Positions 29,209 through 39,463 of a stretch of DNA of 64,000 nucleotides are shown piece by piece. Made by a program: the position numbers and the translations under genes. How positions within the stretch are numbered: the first letter of the stretch is position 1; each line of letters begins with the position of its first letter. The notes under the pieces were generated by a model, which was not told the DNA's origin, did no database searches, and saw nothing but the letters and a program-made list of their open reading frames with translations. Source of the DNA: a virus (lineage: Duplodnaviria; Caudoviricetes); the IMG/VR virus record IMGVR_UViG_3300024297_000001, one strand, 5' to 3'.

Positions 29209-30195
29209 TTAGTTTTGACGTGAACGGATCATTGCAAGAATGTCTTCCGCACTATTGTCTGCTTTAGGTTCTGCCGCTGGTGCAGTTTGTGCCACTGCCG
29301 CTGGAGCCGCCTCTGCTACTGGAGCCGGAGTTGCCTCAGGTGCCGGAGCAGTTGTTGCCGCTGGAGCAGTTGCTGGTGCTCTATTTTGTGGATCACCAGT
29401 TCTCGCCGCCATTCCCGCTGGACGGAAATATTGACCAAAACGTTCTGCGTCATATGCTTCACCATCTACAGATGCTTGGAACATTTCTTGCATTACTTTT
29501 ACTTCAACCTCTGAAGGCTTCTTAGGTAAAAAGTCTGACAAGTTGTATAGACCATTCTTCTCAACGGCCGCAGTTTCAACTTCAGTTAAAGGACGCTCTC
29601 TACGTGCCCAGTTACTTGTAGAATAATCTGCATAACCACCTTTAGAAGTTTTTACGATTCTAAAGTCTACACCTGAAGTGTAATCAGTTGGCAGTTCTTC
29701 CATATCTGGATCCATTAACGCACTTTTAATAAGTTGGAAAATTTGTGGACCAATAATAAAACGTCTAATTGGATTTTCTGGAGTACCATCTTCAGACAGT
29801 CCGTTTTCAGTTACAAAGCCTTGGAATACGTATGAACGTTTCTTCCAATACTTACGACCCATATCTTCTAAAGTAGGATCTTTAAACCAACCTCGAACTT
29901 CGTTTAAGATTGCACATGACTCACCATACATTTCCATGCAAGGGATTTGCACTTGTACTGGTCTTGAGTCAGTTTCGCCTTTTAAACCTGCGAAAGGTAG
30001 TTTGATCATCAAACGTTCTTTCCAAAAGAAAGTGTTTGTGTCGTCCCCATCAGGTAAGAAACGGACAGTTGACTGTTCGCCTTCCTTTAAGTTCCAAAAT
30101 GGGTAAATTGCGTTGTCGCCGCCGCTTGAAGAATTACCGCTTGTGCGTGATTCTTGTTCTTTCAGTTTAGCTCTTATTTCTGCTAATGTTGCCAT
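29209..30195 (-). CDS. gp32: Single-stranded DNA-binding protein
   Basis: VRFLP, YWKKRSY and GYADYSTS, with an Ala/Pro-rich tail. Confidence 0.85.
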   Translation of the reverse strand: MATLAEIRAKLKEQESRTSGNSSSGGDNAIYPFWNLKEGEQSTVRFLPDGDDTNTFFWKERLMIKLPFAGLKGETDSRPVQVQIPCMEMYGESCAILNEVRGWFKDPTLEDMGRKYWKKRSYVFQGFVTENGLSEDGTPENPIRRFIIGPQIFQLIKSALMDPDMEELPTDYTSGVDFRIVKTSKGGYADYSTSNWARRERPLTEVETAAVEKNGLYNLSDFLPKKPSEVEVKVMQEMFQASVDGEAYDAERFGQYFRPAGMAARTGDPQNRAPATAPAATTAPAPEATPAPVAEAAPAAVAQTAPAAEPKADNSAEDILAMIRSRQN

Positions 30196-30263
30196 TGTTA
30201 AGCCTCCTATATAATTTGCCTTTGGCTGTTATTGTATTGCCTTGATTGTGCAGTACTGTAAAC

Positions 30264-30293
30264 AGTATAACACAAACTTACTTATAAAGTCAA
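30264..30293 (-). promoter_or_regulatory. sigma70-type promoter for gp32-uvsX-uvsY
   Basis: TTGACT-18 nt-TATACT with an extended TG. Confidence 0.7.
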
Positions 30294-30317
30294 GTGGAAC
30301 TTTGTCAAAAAAGTGAA

Positions 30318-32501
30318 TTAGTTATCCAAACCTGCTAAATGTTTGATTCTTTCCATCTCACCATCTTGGTTAGTAACTAACTTTTTCATAATGACTGCCG
30401 CAGGAGCAAGACTTTCGTCTCCATATTTTTTCTCACATGCTGTAAGTACTGCTGTTTCACCTTTTGGAAAATTGTTAGTTGTGTAATCAAAATGACCTTT
30501 GATGAATTCATCTAAGTCAAGTTCTTTCTTCTCACCTCTTTCTTCTGCGTCCCCATCTGCTTTTGATATTGAACCATCTGGACCAATTTTAACGTCCATG
30601 GTATCATCGTCAGTGGGTTCTTTTTCGGCCATCAGTTCATCTGCTGTCCAAAAATCTTCTACTTTAAGTCCTGCCATTTTGATAGCATCTTCAAGTGTGT
30701 GTTCTTCACCGTCTGGTGTTTTGAACTTATCACCTTTCTTCATGCCTGCCGCTTTTGCTTTTTGTACTGCTTGTGCAAATGCATTGCCTTCAAAAGTTGT
30801 TGACTCGTCTTGTATTAATTCTTTTTGATGTTTTTCAAGTTCTTCGATTGAATCAAAAGTACCTGTTTCCTTACCGTCTTTGTAAGAAATAAATTTACCA
30901 TCTTTATGTTTTGCCGCAAGTCCGTATTTGTTCATGCCCATGCTTGATACTTCATTTGGACCTTGCTCATGTTTTGAATTAGCAACTACATCATCTAAGT
31001 GTGAAGCAAAGTCACCATGCATGTCCATGCTTTCATCTTCAACACCATTGTAGTTGTCAAAGAATTCTGCGTCACCATGTTTTTCAATAAACTCTTCTCT
31101 GCTTAGATTTTCAGCATCATCTTCTAATGCTTTTTTAACTGCACCTTCTTCTACATCTGCACTTTCATCAGCGTCACCGTTCATAACTTTATCAATAATT
31201 CTTGCATTATGGTCACTGTCATCATTGCCTGTAATTTTTTCAAGTTCTTCCATACACGCTTTTGTAATTGGCATTTGGTTATAAAACTTTAAATCCCACG
31301 GATCGTTCAAGTATGCATCACCGTATTTTGCTTCCATTGCTTCATCTTCATTTTCTTCAATAAAGTCTGTAGCAATACCTGAGTCCAATGCCCACTTTAC
31401 ATAACCTTTTGGCATTGTGCCGTAACCGCCTTCGTACTTAGAATACTTTTCAATCCACGCATTAATTTTGTCTCCCATTTCATCTGAAACTTCTGGATCC
31501 ATTGGATCGTCATCTTCACCTAAAAGATTTTCTGGAGTAAGTGCTTCTGATTTAGTTCCTTCTTTAACAAGATTGTAAATGTAAGGAAATACACCTTTCA
31601 AGTCTTCGTTAAACTGACGAATAGTTAATTCATCAATCCAATTTGAACTTACATCTTCTGGTACTTCTTCCATTACTGTTTCTTGGAAGTTTGCCATTGC
31701 TTCTTTGTAATAACTATTTCTTTGTAACTTATGTACAGTTTCTTTTACAGAGTCAATTCTTTCATTAACGATGTCCATGTAACCAGCAAGACCCTCTGCC
31801 ATTACACTTGATCTGTTCATGTAAGTTTTGAAAGTACGTAACTTAGAAAGTTCTTCGCTGAGTGAAACGATATGCTTTCCAAATGCATCGTACTGATTTC
31901 CGCCTTCGCTAACATGTTGTGCCATTGCTCTTGCACCATTTAAATGTTTGAAAGGATATTTGTATCTTTCGCCTTCTGGGCTCTCTACATATATGCTATG
32001 AATTCTTTGTGTTCTTCCTGCAGGATTTTCAAAATCAACTGCCTCATTATGTTTAACAATGATCTTTGCATTGCCAACATCTTGGAAACTTGTTTTAGAA
32101 GTTCCGTATAGTCTCGATTCACTCATTTGGTTTTCTCCGGGTCTGTTTTTTGAGAGGTAATCGTAATCTCTCTTGTCTAAGTTACTTTTAGTTATATCTC
32201 TTGTATCAAAATTCAGCATTCTCTTTTTAGCAAACTGTCGCATTTCTTTCATAAAAGCGTACCAGTTTTGCTTAATAGACTCTGTAGCATCTGTAAGCAA
32301 ATCGTTGTTATAAAGCATAGTTAGACTTTTTTCATCTAACGTTACGTTAACTTTATTACCGTTGCTAAACTCAAAATCGAAGAAACGTGCTTTTTCAGGC
32401 ACATTTGTAATGGTACTTGCTTCATCACCAATAGTAATCTTGGGATATCTACCTCTGATCTTGTTAAACAGTTCTTCTGCAATTTTTTCCAAGTTTATCA
32501 T
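30318..32501 (-). CDS. Large hypothetical protein with an acidic modular C-terminal half (possible internal head protein)
   Basis: 727 aa downstream of terminase, with TAAATA 5 nt upstream. Confidence 0.7.
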   Translation of the reverse strand: MINLEKIAEELFNKIRGRYPKITIGDEASTITNVPEKARFFDFEFSNGNKVNVTLDEKSLTMLYNNDLLTDATESIKQNWYAFMKEMRQFAKKRMLNFDTRDITKSNLDKRDYDYLSKNRPGENQMSESRLYGTSKTSFQDVGNAKIIVKHNEAVDFENPAGRTQRIHSIYVESPEGERYKYPFKHLNGARAMAQHVSEGGNQYDAFGKHIVSLSEELSKLRTFKTYMNRSSVMAEGLAGYMDIVNERIDSVKETVHKLQRNSYYKEAMANFQETVMEEVPEDVSSNWIDELTIRQFNEDLKGVFPYIYNLVKEGTKSEALTPENLLGEDDDPMDPEVSDEMGDKINAWIEKYSKYEGGYGTMPKGYVKWALDSGIATDFIEENEDEAMEAKYGDAYLNDPWDLKFYNQMPITKACMEELEKITGNDDSDHNARIIDKVMNGDADESADVEEGAVKKALEDDAENLSREEFIEKHGDAEFFDNYNGVEDESMDMHGDFASHLDDVVANSKHEQGPNEVSSMGMNKYGLAAKHKDGKFISYKDGKETGTFDSIEELEKHQKELIQDESTTFEGNAFAQAVQKAKAAGMKKGDKFKTPDGEEHTLEDAIKMAGLKVEDFWTADELMAEKEPTDDDTMDVKIGPDGSISKADGDAEERGEKKELDLDEFIKGHFDYTTNNFPKGETAVLTACEKKYGDESLAPAAVIMKKLVTNQDGEMERIKHLAGLDN

Positions 32502-32514
32502 ATTAATATTTATC

Positions 32515-34104
32515 CTAATAGACGCCTGTTACAAATATAGGCATAGGCGCCTCATATTCCTGATCTGCATCCAATTGTCTGAATGTATTGTACACTCTTG
32601 GATCCCAATCCTTTAAAACTTCCATCATGCGTATGTTCAATAGCACTGCACTTACAAGATCGTCAGTTTCACCTGGCTTTGCTTTGAAACTTGTGCCTGA
32701 TGCTACATAGCCTTTCATTTCTGATATCAATGCTTTGCTGTTTATCTGCATTTTGTCATTCTCAACCATGTTCTTGAACTTAGAACAAGCACTGATTTTA
32801 CTTCTATGTGTAGTGTTAAATCCTTTACGGAACTTTCTAATGTGTCCTTTACGTATTGGTTCACTTACAAATAGTCCTGGTATGTTTTCTTCGCCTACAT
32901 CATTTACAACTAACAATGCCGCTTCACCAATAGTATTGTTTTCAATGCTCCAATAAATGTTGTTTGCATTTGGTGCTCTACATTCAGCATTGATATAATC
33001 TGCAATATCTTTTAAAACTCTAATTTGTCCTGGTATAGGTGTAGTATTGTGTCTCCACTCTGCAACTTGTTTGTAACTTGGTAATTCAAATACTTGTATC
33101 GCGGCATAGTCTCCACCTGTACCCATGCTTGGATCTAAACTAATACAATATGTTTGATCCCTTTCAAGTTTTTTGTACCAACGTGTCTGCCCCATATTCT
33201 CAACAGGTTCATTACCTTCAAGTCCTGCTAACTTAATACTATTAATAAGTGTTTCGTCAAATACTAAGAATTCACAACCATACTCACGTCTAAATCTTTC
33301 TTCGCCAATACGACCAATCTCTGCTTTTTTCCATGCTTCATCTCTGTCTGGGTGTTCTTCCCACTTAACAGTAAAACCATGAAATCCGTTTATACCTACT
33401 TCGCTTTCATTACCATGTTCATCAAATTTGTTTTGACTTTCTTTCCATATAGTAGCAAAAGTATCTTCGTCTGAGTTAGGTGTGCTTGTAAGAATAGCAC
33501 GACCACCTGTTGCAAGTGTAGGAGATATTGAAGTCCAAAATTCATCTGCAATAGTAGGTTGCACAAACGCAAACTCATCACAGTATAGTAATGATATGGA
33601 CATACCACGTCCTGTGTTTCCTGTTGTAGTAGCACTTACAATTCTACTTCCGTTTTCAAATTCAATTGAACCTTTGTTGTAGTTTGTAACACCTGCTCTA
33701 ATATGATCAGGACACATTTCGTAAACGTATCTAATACGTTGCATAATTTCTTGAGCACCTGTATACTTGTGTGCCGCAATAAGAATAGTTTGGTCTGGAT
33801 GAAACATTGCGTACCAGGCAAGGTACACAGCCGCACAGGTTGTCTTACCTGTTTGTCTTGGTAACATATTAATATTGAATCTATGATTGTGATAACTGTG
33901 CATCAATCCTACTTGGTACTTGTAAGGATCAAATAACAATTTTCCTTTGACTGGATGTTGGATATATGCAAAGTTACTTGCGAAATATAAGTAACCTTGA
34001 TTATCATCAGTACAAAGCATCAGATCATTGATCTGTTCATTTGTATATGTTTCTCTTGTATTAGCCTTTTTGGTTAATACGCCATCTAAACTTTTATTTG
34101 CCAT
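32515..34104 (-). CDS. gp17: Terminase large subunit
   Basis: PRQTGKTT, LYCDEFAF, ILTSTPN, LDPSMG and DDLVSA. The likely start is ATG 34104. Confidence 0.95.
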   Translation of the reverse strand: MANKSLDGVLTKKANTRETYTNEQINDLMLCTDDNQGYLYFASNFAYIQHPVKGKLLFDPYKYQVGLMHSYHNHRFNINMLPRQTGKTTCAAVYLAWYAMFHPDQTILIAAHKYTGAQEIMQRIRYVYEMCPDHIRAGVTNYNKGSIEFENGSRIVSATTTGNTGRGMSISLLYCDEFAFVQPTIADEFWTSISPTLATGGRAILTSTPNSDEDTFATIWKESQNKFDEHGNESEVGINGFHGFTVKWEEHPDRDEAWKKAEIGRIGEERFRREYGCEFLVFDETLINSIKLAGLEGNEPVENMGQTRWYKKLERDQTYCISLDPSMGTGGDYAAIQVFELPSYKQVAEWRHNTTPIPGQIRVLKDIADYINAECRAPNANNIYWSIENNTIGEAALLVVNDVGEENIPGLFVSEPIRKGHIRKFRKGFNTTHRSKISACSKFKNMVENDKMQINSKALISEMKGYVASGTSFKAKPGETDDLVSAVLLNIRMMEVLKDWDPRVYNTFRQLDADQEYEAPMPIFVTGVY

Positions 34105-34120
34105 TGTATAGTATTTACTC

Positions 34121-34148
34121 AAAAAAATAGGACCCGAAGGTCCTATTT
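34121..34148 (-). terminator. Intrinsic terminator with a C(UUCG)G tetraloop
   Basis: AATAGGACC-TTCG-GGTCCTATT followed by a T run on the minus strand. Confidence 0.85.
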
Positions 34149-34177
34149 GAGTTTACTTGAGTAAAAGTAATTTTATA

Positions 34178-34564
34178 TTATGTGGCTATTAATGTTGCCG
34201 CAACTGTTACTAATGTACCGCTTGTATCAATGTTGTTAGGTCCAACTGCTGTTACTGTGCTTGTTGGATAGTTTGCCGCTGTTCCAATTGTTCTAATACG
34301 TGTTTGTAAGTCTGCCGCTGATGCTTGATTATCACACACAACAGTCATTGTGCCACTGTTGTCGTCTGTAGTACAATAAATTAAAGGATTAATTTCTTTA
34401 CAAATTTGCTCAACTGTTTCGTTAATAGCATCGTCTTCACCTCTTAGATCAACTGCTGTACCGTTTGCAATTTTTACTAAAATTTTAAATGGAATAGCAC
34501 CTGGGAAAAAAACATTTCCTGCTGTTGATAATCCTGATCCGTGTACTCTTGTTATTCCAGCCAT
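34178..34564 (-). CDS. Hypothetical virion protein
   Basis: 128 aa, Ala/Thr-rich, with a strong SD (AGGAG). Confidence 0.65.
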   Translation of the reverse strand: MAGITRVHGSGLSTAGNVFFPGAIPFKILVKIANGTAVDLRGEDDAINETVEQICKEINPLIYCTTDDNSGTMTVVCDNQASAADLQTRIRTIGTAANYPTSTVTAVGPNNIDTSGTLVTVAATLIAT

Positions 34565-34574
34565 CTATCTCTCC

Positions 34575-35408
34575 TTAGTGTCCGCCGCAACTACTTGCGT
34601 ATAATTTTTCAAGTTGTTTTGCTTCGCAACCCATTTCAGTATATTTCTTCATGATATCTGCTTTAGACATACCTTTGTCTGCACATTTTTTCATTTCTTT
34701 ACCGCTTGGTAATTGTACTTTTTTACCTTCGCCTTCTTCAATACTTTCTTTTTTAGCATCTTTATCTTTGATTGCTTTTTTCATTGGCTCTTTTTTGTCG
34801 CCATCTTTGTCCATATCTAAGAAGTCTGGTTTTGCTTTTGCTTCGTTTGTTTCTAAATCAGCAACACGGTCTTCATCACATTCGCATGGATCTTCTTTAC
34901 AATCATCACATTCTTCTTCGTTCATAAACTCTGAAAGTTTAGCAGAAAGTTCTGCACGTAACTCATCTTCAAGTGCCATTGGATTATCTCCGCCTGCAAC
35001 TTTTGGATAAGATTTTTTCTGTGCGCCATCGTGTCCTGTAGCAATGTCTTTTGTCATAAAGTTATGGTCTTGATATTTTTCATCTGGTGAATTATCATAG
35101 TCGCCACTTGCTTCAGTGTCAGTGTCATCACAAGCCATGTCGTCCATTGGCTTTGGTTCGTCACTTACAAGACTCATCATTGATTTCATGTCATCATGTG
35201 GATCCATTGGACCCATCATAGGTGCTTTAGGTTTGATTGCAGTTGGAATGTCTGCAATATCACTTGCACCTTCTTTGCCTTTTAAAGCATTCATTAATTT
35301 AATTACGTCTTCAGCATTATCGCCTGACATATTAATTGACGCCGACGCCGCTTCATTCATTGCTTCGTCCAACGCTACTATTTTTTTGTAAATTTCGTTT
35401 AATTTCAT
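34575..35408 (-). CDS. Acidic hypothetical protein (scaffold/internal-protein-like)
   Basis: D/E/M-rich; contains KPDFLDMDKDGDKKEPMKKA. Confidence 0.65.
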   Translation of the reverse strand: MKLNEIYKKIVALDEAMNEAASASINMSGDNAEDVIKLMNALKGKEGASDIADIPTAIKPKAPMMGPMDPHDDMKSMMSLVSDEPKPMDDMACDDTDTEASGDYDNSPDEKYQDHNFMTKDIATGHDGAQKKSYPKVAGGDNPMALEDELRAELSAKLSEFMNEEECDDCKEDPCECDEDRVADLETNEAKAKPDFLDMDKDGDKKEPMKKAIKDKDAKKESIEEGEGKKVQLPSGKEMKKCADKGMSKADIMKKYTEMGCEAKQLEKLYASSCGGH

Positions 35409-35410
35409 AA

Positions 35411-35986
35411 TTAACTCCCTATTGGACTTTTGGTTCCGATATCAGCGGTTGCGTCCATCTGTTTTTTATCTGTAGCACCTTCTTCAGGTAACTCAATTGC
35501 TTTACCAGTAAATCTTTCTTTAGATGCAGTTTCTAACTCTTTAAGTAGGTCCATAACTCTGTTACTGCCTACATCTTTTTGAGCACTTTCACCACCCATA
35601 TCTTCTTTAGTAAGTTTTGTTTCATATGGTGCATTTTGATCAACTTCTTGATATAACTCTTGAGGTTCGTTTGGATTACGTACTACTATGTGTGATTGCG
35701 GAATACCTAATTGGTAACCTAAGTACTCTTGTAACATTTCAGTGTGTGTAGGGTATGTTACTTCGCACTCGTAGTAAGTTACTTCTTCATTCTGCAATGC
35801 AGGAAAGTCCAACGGACGTTCTTGGATTGGTGTTTTCTTACCCGGCGTACAGTTTTGTACACCAAATTTTCTTAGAGCAGTTTCTAACTTGTCTGCTATA
35901 CCTGTGTTATCACCAGCAATACCAATTTTAAAAGGATAAACTTTACCATTGTATGCTTCTGTTAAATAATCGCTATATTTTTTCAT
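35411..35986 (-). CDS. Hypothetical protein
   Basis: 191 aa in the late operon. Confidence 0.65.
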   Translation of the reverse strand: MKKYSDYLTEAYNGKVYPFKIGIAGDNTGIADKLETALRKFGVQNCTPGKKTPIQERPLDFPALQNEEVTYYECEVTYPTHTEMLQEYLGYQLGIPQSHIVVRNPNEPQELYQEVDQNAPYETKLTKEDMGGESAQKDVGSNRVMDLLKELETASKERFTGKAIELPEEGATDKKQMDATADIGTKSPIGS

Positions 35987-36007
35987 AATTGTGTTTTCCC
36001 TACTAAA

Positions 36008-36505
36008 CTATTTATCCATGTTCTTGAGTTTTTCTAACAAACTATTACGGTCTGTAACTACATATCCTTCGCCTGAAACAACGCCATCTGGTGAATCTCC
36101 ACCATCTTTATCCTGTTTTTCCTTCTTAAGTTGTAGTTCAACCATTTTAAGTTTCTTGTCTAATTTTGCAACTTTAGCATCAAGGTTAGTTTTTAGCATA
36201 TTACCTGCTACTTCAAACACCCTACCACTATATCTGCTTTCAACATTCATACCCAAGTCCATTAGATCTTCATATGCATTCATAGACTTCTCAGCAACTT
36301 CGTTTAGTTCCTTATCTGCTAATTCGCCTAAGCCTTTCACTTGTGGTAATGCCGCAGTAATTTTATCCATCTCAGCAATACTACGTTGAGTTTCTTCATG
36401 CTCTACAATAGCATGTTTCTTTTCTGCTTTAGCAGATTGTTCCTTGTCTTTCTGAACAATCTCTTTGCTGTCTGGCATATTAAGTAATTCTTCTAATTTC
36501 TTCAT
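36008..36505 (-). CDS. Putative terminase small subunit (gp16-like)
   Basis: Helical RVFEVAGNMLK..VELQLKK and C-terminal VVTDRNSLL resemble T4-like small terminases. Confidence 0.5.
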   Translation of the reverse strand: MKKLEELLNMPDSKEIVQKDKEQSAKAEKKHAIVEHEETQRSIAEMDKITAALPQVKGLGELADKELNEVAEKSMNAYEDLMDLGMNVESRYSGRVFEVAGNMLKTNLDAKVAKLDKKLKMVELQLKKEKQDKDGGDSPDGVVSGEGYVVTDRNSLLEKLKNMDK

Positions 36506-36535
36506 ATTTTGGATTCCATTAAATGCTACTATTAT

Positions 36536-36976
36536 TTAGCCTTTGCGTTGGCCAGAGTGGAACATATCCTTCTCTGTAACAACCCTAAAAAAGATGCCTT
36601 TATCCTTGCACCATGCCCTTGCGGCCTGCCATTTAGCCATGTTTAGTGCAACAGCCATTTGCTTTTGTTTATTTCTGCCTGCACTTTCCATAGTTGTTTG
36701 ATTGTCTGGCTTAACTTCTATAACTTCTGCACGTTGTTTACCATTCTTATCCATGTAACTAATAAAGAAGTCTGGTACATACACCGTTGCTTTTCCTGTG
36801 AAAGGATTTACATAAGGTATCTTTACTGCTTCACTTGCCCACTTGGCAACGTTAGGATTTTCATCGCAGAATTTCATAAATGCGAATTCCCAACTTGATC
36901 TATATAATGGTGTTTTGCGACCGATATACTTGTCTGGAAACTTTAAGTTGTAACGTCCTTGGGCGTACTTGGCCAT
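36536..36976 (-). CDS. gp4: Head completion nuclease
   Basis: YRSSWE, WASE, YVPDF, IEVKP and KWQAA. Confidence 0.88.
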   Translation of the reverse strand: MAKYAQGRYNLKFPDKYIGRKTPLYRSSWEFAFMKFCDENPNVAKWASEAVKIPYVNPFTGKATVYVPDFFISYMDKNGKQRAEVIEVKPDNQTTMESAGRNKQKQMAVALNMAKWQAARAWCKDKGIFFRVVTEKDMFHSGQRKG

Positions 36977-36977
36977 G

Positions 36978-37343
36978 TTACACTCCTATGTTTCGTGCTT
37001 CAGTCCTGTTTTGTATGTCAACTACTCTGTAACCTAATGTACTAATTTTTTCTCTGTTATAGTTTAGTACTTCTGTTACAACACTACTCAACTGAACACT
37101 GTCTGTTTTCTTTAGAGTATCAAGTAATTCAAAAACATTTACGTCATCAAGTTTTGCTTGTTGTAACATTACTGTTCCTACAGCAATGGCAGAAGTTTTT
37201 TCAAATCCTCTGCTTGTAAAAAATCCTATTACAGCATCAACTTGGTTAGTAGGAAAATTAATAAAGTCAGTAAAATACTGATTGTAAAATCTCTTTACAT
37301 CATTTGAACTATCATCTTTTACTACTTTAGGTAGGTTACTCAT
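36978..37343 (-). CDS. Hypothetical protein in the tail module
   Basis: 121 aa, coupled to the upstream gene. Confidence 0.65.
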   Translation of the reverse strand: MSNLPKVVKDDSSNDVKRFYNQYFTDFINFPTNQVDAVIGFFTSRGFEKTSAIAVGTVMLQQAKLDDVNVFELLDTLKKTDSVQLSSVVTEVLNYNREKISTLGYRVVDIQNRTEARNIGV

Positions 37344-38710
37344 TATCCTGTCCTTACAATGTTAGGCAAGTTAGCAAGTGTTTTGCTATTTGCCGCTTCT
37401 TTATATGCCGAACTTGCAGTGTCCCATGCGGCGTTAATCGCATTGACACTTGCATCACCCCCTGCGGCTAAATGATCTTTTTTGTGTGTTGTTGATTTAG
37501 ATAAGTCTGCTAACTTGTCTGGATTGTCTTGAAGTTCTTTTGTAACGTCTGCAAGACTTGTACTCTGTACTGCTTTTTGTATTGCCGCCACAGCACTTAC
37601 ACCAGCAACTGCTGTTGCAACATCTTTTAGTGATCCACTGCCACTACCTTTAGGAAAAAATGTATTTGCAACTCCGCCAACATTTATTCCGCCAACATCT
37701 CCAATGGCTCCTTTAATAATTCCAAAGCCTTCTTGTCTAATTCCGTCTTTAGATAAATCCTTAACATTTCTTGCAGTGTTGGCCGCTTTTAAAACTGTAC
37801 CTAACAATGCTCCTGGTGACTTAAATGCATCGCCTGATGTAATATCTCCAAACACATCTGCCGCACCTGATGCAACACCACCAACACCAAATAGACTTGA
37901 TGTTCCGCCTCCACCTAATGAAAGTGGACTTGGTGTTTTATCATAATGTTCTGTTGCAAAACCTTTTGGTGCTGTACCTTCTGACACTGCACCTCTTGTG
38001 TACCATACTGTTTCAAACTGAACACTCATTGTACTTTGTGCAACACCGGCACCATCTGTTTGATCCATTGTGTCATGTTGCCAACTATTAATAATAGGAT
38101 TGACAAGTGTAAATGCTGTATAACGTTTACGTGACATTTGATATACAACAATGCTATCAAAGAAAGGATCTATACTATCGTTATCAAAACCATATCTATA
38201 TTTCGACTGTGGAGAGTTTGCATCAGCAAATGTGTTTGCTCTGTTGTATGCAGAAGCAGTCGTGTTAGGACTTCCTGCTGTATCAGTTGATGCATAGTTT
38301 CCATCTTTAAAATAATATCTGTAGTATGCTTCCCACATTGCAGTTGTAAGACCATAGTTGTCATCATGGAAAGTAAAATTACAAGGACTGTAGTCTATGC
38401 GTTTTTGTAAAATTCTTTTTCTATTGTATTGATGTTTTACTTCTGTAGTAACATCAAACTTAGGCAAGTCAACACTCTTAACTAACATATTAATAGTGTT
38501 ACTGTGTTTCTCTGATAGTTGTGGAATAATTGAAGAAGCCTTTCTATTAATGTTGAATGCAACATGATAAAGAAACTTACTCTTAGGTGCATACTTAAAT
38601 GCATCATCTACATATAATCTTGAAGCATGTTGATAGTCTGCAAGGTTACCTTTTGGACTTAATGCTCCAGATACTAAATTGTCAAGAAATGGGGTTAACT
38701 TATTTGCCAT
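37343..38710 (-). CDS. Tail-tube-fold baseplate/tube initiator protein (gp54/gp48-like)
   Basis: VKSVDLPKF..QYNRKR..YSPCNFTFHDD. Confidence 0.65.
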   Translation of the reverse strand: MANKLTPFLDNLVSGALSPKGNLADYQHASRLYVDDAFKYAPKSKFLYHVAFNINRKASSIIPQLSEKHSNTINMLVKSVDLPKFDVTTEVKHQYNRKRILQKRIDYSPCNFTFHDDNYGLTTAMWEAYYRYYFKDGNYASTDTAGSPNTTASAYNRANTFADANSPQSKYRYGFDNDSIDPFFDSIVVYQMSRKRYTAFTLVNPIINSWQHDTMDQTDGAGVAQSTMSVQFETVWYTRGAVSEGTAPKGFATEHYDKTPSPLSLGGGGTSSLFGVGGVASGAADVFGDITSGDAFKSPGALLGTVLKAANTARNVKDLSKDGIRQEGFGIIKGAIGDVGGINVGGVANTFFPKGSGSGSLKDVATAVAGVSAVAAIQKAVQSTSLADVTKELQDNPDKLADLSKSTTHKKDHLAAGGDASVNAINAAWDTASSAYKEAANSKTLANLPNIVRTG

Positions 38711-38745
38711 ACTAATATTTATCTAAAAAATAAAGTGGGTATAGA

Positions 38746-38772
38746 ATAAAAAAGGCGCACTCGGCGCCTTTT
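38746..38772 (-). terminator. Intrinsic terminator after the tail tube gene
   Basis: AAAAGGCGC-loop-GCGCCTTTT with A and T runs on both sides. Confidence 0.8.
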
Positions 38773-38802
38773 CTACGTTTATTTTAAAACTCTTAAACTT
38801 GA

Positions 38803-39432
38803 TTATACTGCGCCACCGCCAGTAACAAGTGTGTTGATAGTTCTGCCTACAGCAGTACCAATACCTGTTCCTTGTGGTGTTTGTATCGCATTATCGTATC
38901 TAATACTTAATGCAACACTAACTACTTCTGATGTCGCGTATGCTAATTGATTGTAGTTTGCACTTTCTAAATAACAACCGTATAACTCAAATGTTTCAAG
39001 CACATTAACTGTGTTTGCACCGTTACCACCATCTAAAATTTCAATACGTGTAACGAATTTGTAGTCCGCGCCTGATGCCGCACCTGATTGTTCAAAGAAA
39101 TCAAACTGTTTCTGCAACTGCTCGCCAACAAGTTTCTGAACGTTGTTACTTACATCTTCACGTAAGTTTAATGTAATTGGTTCCCAAGTATGTTTTCCTG
39201 CAAGGAATACTTTTGAGTTGTATACATCAAGTGTAATCTGTTCAAAAGTTACGTTAGGTCTTGTTACATCGACAACCTGTTTAGTTAACTCTGTAGTTGG
39301 TGTTGACACTCCAAAATTTTCCAGTGACACCCTGAAGCGGTACTGCAATTTTGGCATTAACAAACCTTGTGAACCTGCACTCGCGTTGCTGTCCAAAGGT
39401 ACTGTTAGTCTTGAAAGTGATGAAATTGCCAT
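38803..39432 (-). CDS. gp19: Tail tube protein
   Basis: KLQYRFRV..AGKHTWEPITLNLRED..LSIRYDNA; follows the sheath gene. Confidence 0.88.
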   Translation of the reverse strand: MAISSLSRLTVPLDSNASAGSQGLLMPKLQYRFRVSLENFGVSTPTTELTKQVVDVTRPNVTFEQITLDVYNSKVFLAGKHTWEPITLNLREDVSNNVQKLVGEQLQKQFDFFEQSGAASGADYKFVTRIEILDGGNGANTVNVLETFELYGCYLESANYNQLAYATSEVVSVALSIRYDNAIQTPQGTGIGTAVGRTINTLVTGGGAV

Positions 39433-39463
39433 TTATTTGCTCCTATTACTTTTATTTATCATA

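Noticed and set aside
29270-29400. GC-rich repetitive stretch
   Set aside because: It encodes the Ala/Pro linker of gp32, not a DNA repeat element.
9706-34104. Inteins or introns in UvsW, UvsX or terminase
   Set aside because: Lengths are ordinary and the motifs are contiguous.
36536-36976. TnsA-like transposase
   Set aside because: Size, motifs and position among morphogenesis genes match T4 gp4. There are no TnsB/TnsC genes or terminal repeats.
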